A stretch of DNA of 64,000 nucleotides from a virus: positions 20,592 to 84,591 of IMG/VR virus record IMGVR_UViG_3300050010_000483. One strand, 5' to 3'. The position numbers were made by a program, and so were the translations under genes. The notes under the pieces were generated by a model. The model made no database searches and was not told the origin of the DNA. It worked only from the letters and a program-made list of their open reading frames with translations. The stretch's first letter is position 1. Each line of letters starts with the position of its first letter. Shown here piece after piece: positions 39,396-47,800 of this stretch.

Positions 39396-39983
39396 TTACA
39401 GACCCGTTAATTCATCCGTGGAAGATTCAACGGCTATTGCTTCATTGGAGGGGGCTTCGGTAACTCCTAAAAGAGTCTCTTCAGGGCGGGAACCAGCATA
39501 TTCTTTGGCGCGATTCAAGTCTCTGGCAAAATGCTCATGCATGACAAAAATTAGAAATTCACGAATTTCACGAGCCTCAGCAAATGTCAAACCAATATAA
39601 AACGGGTTAGTGAAAGTGGTGTCTTGTTTGCTTTTCACTGTAATCGAGAAAGAAAAACCCTTTTGAATTGGATTATCTCCATTGGTTAGCCAGGGTTCAA
39701 ATTTAATGGTTTTTGGATTTTCTTCATTATCGTGGAAAGCGGAAAACGGACGTTGGCGTTCGATACAATCGAGAATAGCTGCAGCCTCGACAAAGGCAAG
39801 TTTAACGTTAACTTTCTTGGTTGGGTCGGTCAAAGACCCTTTGAAGGTTCCTGTCTTGGATGCGTCATCCCAACCGTGTTGCTTGATAAGGGTTGCAAAA
39901 ACGGTATCGTTCCTGTCAGAATACCAAAATGAGGCAGCGAAACCTTTCAACGATTTAGATGGGTGATATACATGAATAGCCAT
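39396..39983 (-). CDS. putative ssDNA-binding protein, Whirly/PC4-like fold
   Basis: KGFAA...VKLAFVEAAAI...FHD...KTIKFEP...GFSFSITV...YIGLTFAE parallels the Whirly motifs, and the C-terminal tail is acidic. Confidence 0.55.
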   Translation of the reverse strand: MAIHVYHPSKSLKGFAASFWYSDRNDTVFATLIKQHGWDDASKTGTFKGSLTDPTKKVNVKLAFVEAAAILDCIERQRPFSAFHDNEENPKTIKFEPWLTNGDNPIQKGFSFSITVKSKQDTTFTNPFYIGLTFAEAREIREFLIFVMHEHFARDLNRAKEYAGSRPEETLLGVTEAPSNEAIAVESSTDELTGL

Positions 39984-39992
39984 AATATAGAA

Positions 39993-39998
39993 GTGTAA
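39993..39998 (+). promoter_or_regulatory. GTGTAA putative late-promoter motif for 40039-49596
   Basis: GTGTAAtcaatg in the 55-bp divergent intergenic region. Confidence 0.55.
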
Positions 39999-40001
39999 TC
40001 A

Positions 40002-40030
40002 ATGATAGGATAAACTTGGGCAACCGTCAA
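40002..40030 (-). promoter_or_regulatory. sigma70-type promoter for the 39983-35414 operon
   Basis: Minus strand TTGACG-17 nt-TATCAT, 18 nt upstream of the ATG at 39983. Confidence 0.7.
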
Positions 40031-40038
40031 GAAAAAAA

Positions 40039-43000
40039 ATGGAAATTACAGGACAACCATACGTTGAGGTTCAGAATAATATTTTAAGCGGCTTCTATTA
40101 TTTAAATTTTAATAATGGCATCCAACCAAAATTATATGAATTTTCGAGTCCTGCCTACCCCATTAGCAATTTTAATGCACCTTATGATGCAATACTGCCT
40201 GCTCCACAGGGGTCATTAGGTTTATTAACGGCAGTTGGTAAACGTCTTCGTTCTGACGCAGATTATAGCGAAAGAGCTTCTGATAGGGCGGGTAAACTAT
40301 ATTTTTCAGACACAGCAACTTTATATGGAACCTGTCATGGTTTTGGACGAGATTTTTTGACATTTTATACTGGATTTAATTTTTACCAGGCATTCTATCC
40401 AGCAGGATACTTTTCGCCGCCTTATGGAGAATCACTTTCCATTTTTAAAGCAAATTCCAACAGCGCACAGGCAAATTCCAATGCCACACAAGCTTTGAAT
40501 AATGGTGCGTGCAGTAATATTAACATTACCGAATATAATGAAACTTTTGGTATTGTTTCAATTACTGATTCTGATGTGGGAGATGTCACAGACAGTCTCT
40601 CTGCAAACATGTATGCTCCAATTTATAGTGCGGCAGAGGTTTGTCCCCCACCAATTTCAATTACAAGCTATTATGATGAACTTAATTTTAATCAAATTCA
40701 AGGTACTACCACTCAACTTGGTGCGGGAACCTTTTACAATGGAAATCCTATTCCTACTTCTCTGGATATATTTAACATCAAGTTAAATAGTAGATACAAT
40801 ATTACTGGGGCTGGGGATGGACGAATGATAGTTTACTATAAGAATGGTACAAATATCTTTAAGCCACAAGAATCATATTCTGCTTCTAATCAGGAAAACC
40901 TGCTGAATAATGTTTTATGTTTGGCTGGTATCATGGAGAATAATACATCTGCTGGTGCTGGTACAAATGGGGATCAAATGATTCAGGCTCCTGATCAGAA
41001 TTTAGGTAATGCTGGTAGTCAATCATTCATTAATCAGGGTACAGATACGGCCTGGAATTACTGGCACTTCACTTTTAAAGAAAATGCCGACACGCTTCCA
41101 TTTTCAAATAATTTTAGTGCAATCAATGGTGGTGAACCAGTCTCTGCAACGAATGAGGGGGCCAATGAAGGTACTCAATTATTCCTTCCTGTTCTATCTA
41201 GTTCAGATGCTTATTGGCAAAATCGTCAGTGTCCTGACACTGTTGACTTTCTTCCCTGGACATTTGGCGCATCTATTTATGCGTGCCCATCATATCATTT
41301 TGATGTTCCATATTATGCTGCGATTAAAAAGTTCGGATTCTACGGTACACGTTTCTTAAACACTTGTAATGCCCTAAATCTTACAAATACATGGAATGGC
41401 GTGGCTAATGCTATTGAATTACCCGCCAGCACAACGAATGTACCCATTGCTGAAAATCTTGCCGAACCAGCGGGAGTTGATGCCAAGGGGTCATGGTCTT
41501 TTGCTGTATATGATAACCTACTAAATACCGCGAAAGCTGAAGAAAGATTCTCAAACATGTTTGCTTTAAACAAAGGATTTTTCCTTTGGGCAAACACGGG
41601 TAATTATACTTCCGACCCAAACTTTTTGACACTGTCTCAGATCAGTGGATTTGGGGCATCGTTCTCTGCATTAATTGGACAATTTTCCGCCATGTTTACT
41701 GGCGGACTATCTTCGTTTGTTAGTGGAGTTCCAGCCATTATTGTTCAAAAAGTTCAAGCGGGTAATGGTGTAACTGAACTTGCGTCATCAACTTATGTTG
41801 GTAATAGTAATAGCTATAATGATTTGATGTTTTCAAATCAACCCTATCAAAACTTTCTTACAAACATAGGTAACTTTTTTCCGACAAGCGGCCTTCCATA
41901 TCTAAATATTTTTGCCAATCAATATGGTTCATTTGTCATGGATCAAAATGGTAATCCCAACGAGTCATTTTATTCAGGCATGATTTCTGGTAGAGAGCAA
42001 AGAACTCTCACTAGATACATGGAAAATACAGTGCAAGGAAACCCGATTGATTTATTTCCAATCAATCATATTTTGTTTTCCTTTGATTCTGCACGAGAAT
42101 ATCTTGAAAATACAGGATGGAACCGTGGTTTGGGTGGATTTGCCAATACTCAACTCCCAGTAATCAATCAAAGATTTTTTGAAGGGGCATATGGAAATGC
42201 CAGTCAAATTACTGGATTGCTTCAAGTATTGGATTCATTGAATTTTATTGACAATACATCGTTCTATCCAGGATTTTTCAATGACATTACTGTCAACAAA
42301 GACATTCCAACCCCAAGCTATGTTCCTGTTGTAAGCGGAATTATTCTCGATAATCAGGGAAGAAGTTTCTCTTCCAGCGGATGGCTTGCCTTGGGTTATA
42401 ACGAGATTGGAAAACTTGATGGCAATTTTTCTTGTTTCACCCCCATTTTTGTTCAACAACCTTTAGATAATGTATTTACAAAGATTGGACAAGCACCAAC
42501 TTTGCGTGCGATGGCGGTTGATTACCACTCTATTCCTGATGATAAAATCACGCCACGTTATCCTGAAATTCTTTATTGGGCATATAATTTAAAACTAGTT
42601 GATGATAAATTCAACAATCTGTATCCAGTACAATATAAATGGCTGCGCGTACCGATTAGCCAATATGCTGGCTGGTTTATGTCGGGAATCTTGACTGGTG
42701 ATTATGCCAGTGTAACTGGCGATTGGTCTTGTCTGGAAAATGGTGGATCAAATTGTACGATCTGTCATCTAAATCAAAGTTCTCCAACGGGAGTTTTGGG
42801 GACAACCGATCAATATACTTTTTTGAAAGGTGTAAACTATGGAATTGATGACCAATACTACTATATGTGTGTTGCGTCGGGAAGATTTGGTGTTCGTATT
42901 AGTGAACCTACCACGCTGACAATTGAAAACTGGACAAAATTTGATGTATCACTCAAACTGGGTTTGAATCAAAGTAATATGCCTCTTTCGTTAAATTTCA

Positions 43001-44862
43001 TCATCAATGATGTGAATGGGGAAAATCATAGCATCACATTTGCTCCATTGGAACCAACAGTTGCCTATCAGGGTTATCAAGCTGACCCATATGCAATTCC
43101 AGAAGCCGTTATTGAAGAAAAAGTCCCGCCGCCAAATGCTGGTTATGGAGACGTATCAGCTTTTAAATGTGTTGGACCAATTGGATATGTTGGGGCGACT
43201 AGAAGTTATCAACCAGATACTTTGGAAGATACTCGTGGTGTTCGTGGGGCATGGGGACGTTTCATTGAATACGGTTCTCTTATTTCATTGGGTAAAGCTC
43301 TGAGTCAATTGGAGGGCGATCTTCTTTATGGATATCAACATTTGCCCAAATGTGTCAATTATGAGATGCCTTATGGTAATCGTGGTGCCATAGTTTCAGC
43401 GCAACTAGGAAGTTATTATATTAGTCACTGGACACTTGACCAACAAGCTGTTGCAGCTACGGCGGATACAGTAGGAATGATTTGGACAAGTCTAACAAAT
43501 GTAGCTCAACTTTATCCACCAATTACAACTCGTGGATTACCTGGAACTGATCCTTATATTGCTGGTTTCGCCATCGGACAGTGGCAATGGGGAAACAATT
43601 TGGGGGCAATTAAACGTTTTGGATATTTATCAACTCCAGCTTCCCAAGATTTGGTATTTACTGGGCCAGGTTCTCCATCAACCGCATCAACTACTTCACA
43701 GTTATTAAATCAAGTGAAACAAAAGATTTTGTCTCCAAATGATCTGGCTGGTTCAAATTGTGGCTACTCTATACTAGGATTAGGTAGAAATATGCTATAT
43801 TATTTGGAGGCATACGACCGTTTCTATCTATTATGTGACGATGCGAAAAAGAAGAATGTTCAGGATATCTCCTTTATTTGCCCAGGACTTAGGGCAACTA
43901 ATTCTGCCATTCAATATTGTTGGTTGGGACATCCATCAAATACTTATGTCGAAAGACATCCAATGTATGGTCCTTATGCCTATCAATGGAAAGTCAACCG
44001 TCACAATCGTGATCGCAATGGTAATGGTATCTCCGAAGGATTTTACTCAATGGAATATAGGACAAAATATACCCTATTGTATGACGCCCCAGCCATCTAT
44101 GGTTTGTATCTCAAAAAAGATGCAAGTCAAATGTACAAAAATAAGGTTAATGATATGATCTCCTATCGAAACGCTCTATTTCCTGGGGATGTTGACATTA
44201 CAAGTCTTCGGGGAATCTGGCTTGGAGTTGGTGGTAGTGAAGGTGATTATCTAACTTATGGAAATATGTTTTGCTCATCTGATACGGACGCAAATTCAGC
44301 CCTTTGCCAATATATTAGTCAGGCCCAAAGTTTTGGAAGTAGTCCAGATTTTCAAGCATATGGTTGTGATGCCGCCCAATTAGCTTTAGGCCAATGTTTT
44401 GACCCCTGTCTGAGTATGCGTTATGGTCAGGGATTTTTAGCTGGGGGAAAGGTACAGAATTTATTTGGTGATAAACCAACTACTTCTCAAAACGTCAATA
44501 CAGCAGCCACGATAAGACTGGTTGCAAGTAGTAATTTGGATAAAAATGGAAACATTATCACAACTGATGAACAATCTGTAATAGACCCAAATATTTACTT
44601 CCGCAGTCCAATTAACACCCCGCACGCCCGTGCGTGGAGGGGTTTAAGTTCAATTCCTGAAATCACGATCAATCCACAAAATATTGTTGGAATGAGTCCT
44701 TGCAAGGATGGGGGCACAGATCATTGTAATTATATCACTCCTACCGTACATTTGAATACAAGTACCATATTACTCACTTCTTCATCGGCTTTTGTTGTTG
44801 CAAAAAATTATGCTGCAAACCTCTATGAATCATATAATATAGCTGGCAGCAATAACGATTAA
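40039..44862 (+). CDS. giant virion protein with an embedded Ig-like domain
   Basis: 1607 aa, N/G/Y/S-rich and containing Cys. PIFVQQP...GQAPTL...YKW...DDQYYYMCVASGRFG..ISEPTTLTI is an Ig signature. Confidence 0.65.
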   Translation: MEITGQPYVEVQNNILSGFYYLNFNNGIQPKLYEFSSPAYPISNFNAPYDAILPAPQGSLGLLTAVGKRLRSDADYSERASDRAGKLYFSDTATLYGTCHGFGRDFLTFYTGFNFYQAFYPAGYFSPPYGESLSIFKANSNSAQANSNATQALNNGACSNINITEYNETFGIVSITDSDVGDVTDSLSANMYAPIYSAAEVCPPPISITSYYDELNFNQIQGTTTQLGAGTFYNGNPIPTSLDIFNIKLNSRYNITGAGDGRMIVYYKNGTNIFKPQESYSASNQENLLNNVLCLAGIMENNTSAGAGTNGDQMIQAPDQNLGNAGSQSFINQGTDTAWNYWHFTFKENADTLPFSNNFSAINGGEPVSATNEGANEGTQLFLPVLSSSDAYWQNRQCPDTVDFLPWTFGASIYACPSYHFDVPYYAAIKKFGFYGTRFLNTCNALNLTNTWNGVANAIELPASTTNVPIAENLAEPAGVDAKGSWSFAVYDNLLNTAKAEERFSNMFALNKGFFLWANTGNYTSDPNFLTLSQISGFGASFSALIGQFSAMFTGGLSSFVSGVPAIIVQKVQAGNGVTELASSTYVGNSNSYNDLMFSNQPYQNFLTNIGNFFPTSGLPYLNIFANQYGSFVMDQNGNPNESFYSGMISGREQRTLTRYMENTVQGNPIDLFPINHILFSFDSAREYLENTGWNRGLGGFANTQLPVINQRFFEGAYGNASQITGLLQVLDSLNFIDNTSFYPGFFNDITVNKDIPTPSYVPVVSGIILDNQGRSFSSSGWLALGYNEIGKLDGNFSCFTPIFVQQPLDNVFTKIGQAPTLRAMAVDYHSIPDDKITPRYPEILYWAYNLKLVDDKFNNLYPVQYKWLRVPISQYAGWFMSGILTGDYASVTGDWSCLENGGSNCTICHLNQSSPTGVLGTTDQYTFLKGVNYGIDDQYYYMCVASGRFGVRISEPTTLTIENWTKFDVSLKLGLNQSNMPLSLNFIINDVNGENHSITFAPLEPTVAYQGYQADPYAIPEAVIEEKVPPPNAGYGDVSAFKCVGPIGYVGATRSYQPDTLEDTRGVRGAWGRFIEYGSLISLGKALSQLEGDLLYGYQHLPKCVNYEMPYGNRGAIVSAQLGSYYISHWTLDQQAVAATADTVGMIWTSLTNVAQLYPPITTRGLPGTDPYIAGFAIGQWQWGNNLGAIKRFGYLSTPASQDLVFTGPGSPSTASTTSQLLNQVKQKILSPNDLAGSNCGYSILGLGRNMLYYLEAYDRFYLLCDDAKKKNVQDISFICPGLRATNSAIQYCWLGHPSNTYVERHPMYGPYAYQWKVNRHNRDRNGNGISEGFYSMEYRTKYTLLYDAPAIYGLYLKKDASQMYKNKVNDMISYRNALFPGDVDITSLRGIWLGVGGSEGDYLTYGNMFCSSDTDANSALCQYISQAQSFGSSPDFQAYGCDAAQLALGQCFDPCLSMRYGQGFLAGGKVQNLFGDKPTTSQNVNTAATIRLVASSNLDKNGNIITTDEQSVIDPNIYFRSPINTPHARAWRGLSSIPEITINPQNIVGMSPCKDGGTDHCNYITPTVHLNTSTILLTSSSAFVVAKNYAANLYESYNIAGSNND

Positions 44863-44865
44863 GGT

Positions 44866-47800
44866 ATGGGAAATTTAATGGAAATCTTTGGGATGGCCAG
44901 TGTCGCATCCTATTTAAGGGGACTAACCAGTTCTTTGGAAACGTCTCGTATTCAAGGAATGGTTGATGGAATCACTGTTGGATTTGGAATGCCAAGCACT
45001 GACGGCGATACCTTATTCTTCTACTATCAATCTTCACCAGATTTGCCATCAACGGCTGGCTTTGACAATGTCAGTTGGTTTGCTCTTTATCAACAAGACG
45101 TTGAAAATATTATCAATAAGTTCTTACCAAATGAAGCAGAAATCAACCGTTTGACGTTGAGTATTGCCGTTTACTCTATTATTTGGGCTTATGCATTGAA
45201 TACCGCAATTCAACCAGGTGATCTTGTTCCAATAATAGGAAGTACATTAGTTTCCGTGGCTCAATTGGCAAACAATAATGCCCCGTTCAAAACAGTCAAA
45301 AATGGAAATACAACAACAATAATACAACCATTCTCAGCAGAGATTATTGCAAGTCTTACTAATAAAGACTATGCTGCTTCTCTGGCACAAGTAGCCGCAT
45401 CCGCGAAAACCAGTCAAACTCAATTGGCCAATTACAATTGGTTTGATGTTTCTAGTTTCTTTGCGAAACCAGATTTGCAAGTTATGAAAGACATCGAAAG
45501 TCAGTATTATTATATTTCTGGTGTCCTTAATTACATGGCTCCACAAGAAATTCCTCCAGATTGTATTGGGGATCAGATAATTCTTCAAACTTACACTGGG
45601 GAGACAAATACAACATTCATTCGTAATACCCCATGTAAACAGGTTAGTTCTTATGTTGGTCCACTAGAGCAGTTGACATTTAACCGAACATTTAGCGATG
45701 GACCATGTTCTAGTGGAGATTTTACTTTGGCTGTAAAATCTGGATATTTTGATTTTGATCAAAGTATTCTTCCACCAAAAGATTATTTGAGTAATGCAAT
45801 TAATTTGTATTCATTTTATCAGGATACAAATGGAAATTATATTCCTCTTTGTACTAGCCCAACTTTTATTGATGCTAATGGACGTTATGATATTTTAAGC
45901 GAACTTTCGGCTAGTCCTGGAACTCTTAGCTGCGTTGATGTGCCTCAGAGAATGCATGTGGGTGATGAACTTCCGCGCCGACAAGGCAAATATAATAGTC
46001 ATGGTAAATGTATTGGATGGACATTAGTAAATGTCACTGGCTTTAAATATGTTTCATTTGAAATCCCTTCAACAGGTTTTAATCAAAACCTTTCTTACTA
46101 TAAACTAAATCCTGTTCCAGCAATCTCTGGAGTTCTACAACGGGCATTAAATTTAAATCCTAATCCATATGTTGCAACTCAAATGGGAGACTTTTATTTC
46201 CCATTTACATTGGACATTTATGAAAATCAACACTGGTATGTTGGTCCACCACAATTGAATGGAACAAATACTTTGCCATCATTTGCTTTTTATCAGCATT
46301 TTGACAGTACAAATTTCAATGACAACATGAAAATTGTCATGTTTCCATGTCTAAGTTCAAGCGATGGTACAACGGCAGGAGATACTTCAAGAACATTTTC
46401 CATATCAACAATGATGGCTGCAAGTGGATCAAACGACGCTCATTTTCCCTACAAAAATCCTTATGGAACAGCCACATTTTACACGGGAATTTCATCAAAT
46501 CTTGCTGGTGCAGATACTATTGCCAAACAATGTTTTGGCATGGGAGATGCTTTTGAAGGTCAGTATACAATTACAAGCTATCCAGCTTGGAATTCAAATT
46601 TCAGTTATACTGGTTATGCAGCGACGTCTAGCAATGGACAAGTTGTTGATTTATTAGATGTCGCGCAAGAATATAATGGATTTATTTTAGGAAGTCCTGT
46701 TCAGTACATGCAGTACATTAATGGATATTCTGGAGCAGAAGGCGTCAGTTCTATTAGTCAATTGGTTGCATTAGATGGTTCTGGTAATTTCGTCAACTAT
46801 TATTATTTGGATGAACGCCTTTATTCTAATGTGATTCTCGATGCGGGAATTTGGAATTATTTTGCACCAGTTCCATCTCACATGGATGGAAATTCGACAA
46901 GACTTTTTTACACTCAACAAGTTGAGAATTACCTTCCGCGTTATTCTTCTGGACCTTTTGCTTCGTATATGGAGTCATTTCTATATCCAAATGCAAATCA
47001 GACCGCCCGTAAATATGGGATAAAATCTAATGGATTTCCAGTTTCTATCACTTTTGATGTTGAGATTAGAGAAGAGGCTATAAAAGAAATTTATGGCACT
47101 TTCACTATTTTGCCAAATGGTAATATTTCAACCTATCCAACCTTTGTTACACCAATTCGCTCGGTGTCAACCAATGGTAAGAATATCAATCCCGTTACAA
47201 ATCAAGGAACTGGAATTCCTTTGATGTATACAATTTTTCAATCGAGCGATATCTATCAAGTTTCAAATTATGATTTCACAACTTGGGCTATTGGTTCTGA
47301 TTTTGAATATACAGCCAAGTTACCCGTAGTTGATATAAATTGGTCTCCAAATACTTATAATTATGATAATGTTTTAAATCCTCCATTAGGATACAACAAT
47401 AACACTTACACGAGCGACATGAACGGGAATCTTGTTGGTAATCTATTCAAGAATGGAGTTCTACAAACTGGAAATGGAGGACAGGCTCATACAATCATTA
47501 CTGGGCCAGGGCAAATGGTAAAAACAGTTTATGATGAAAACCCCACTGCTGTTGCTCTTTATCATGGATTTCACAGTTGGGAACAAGCAGGAACAATTAC
47601 CTATGTTCCTCCCATTTATAATCTTGCCAGCGGAGATTTATTTGTAAGTCCTCAGTTGTTAAATGCTTTCCCTGAAATGCAAACATTTCTTGGATATATT
47701 GCCGTGGATTTTAACAATCACCTGTATAATTTGACTACTGGCACCGATCCAATATTTAATCAATATGTTGGAGGACGAGTTGGTGGTCCAAATCAAGAAG

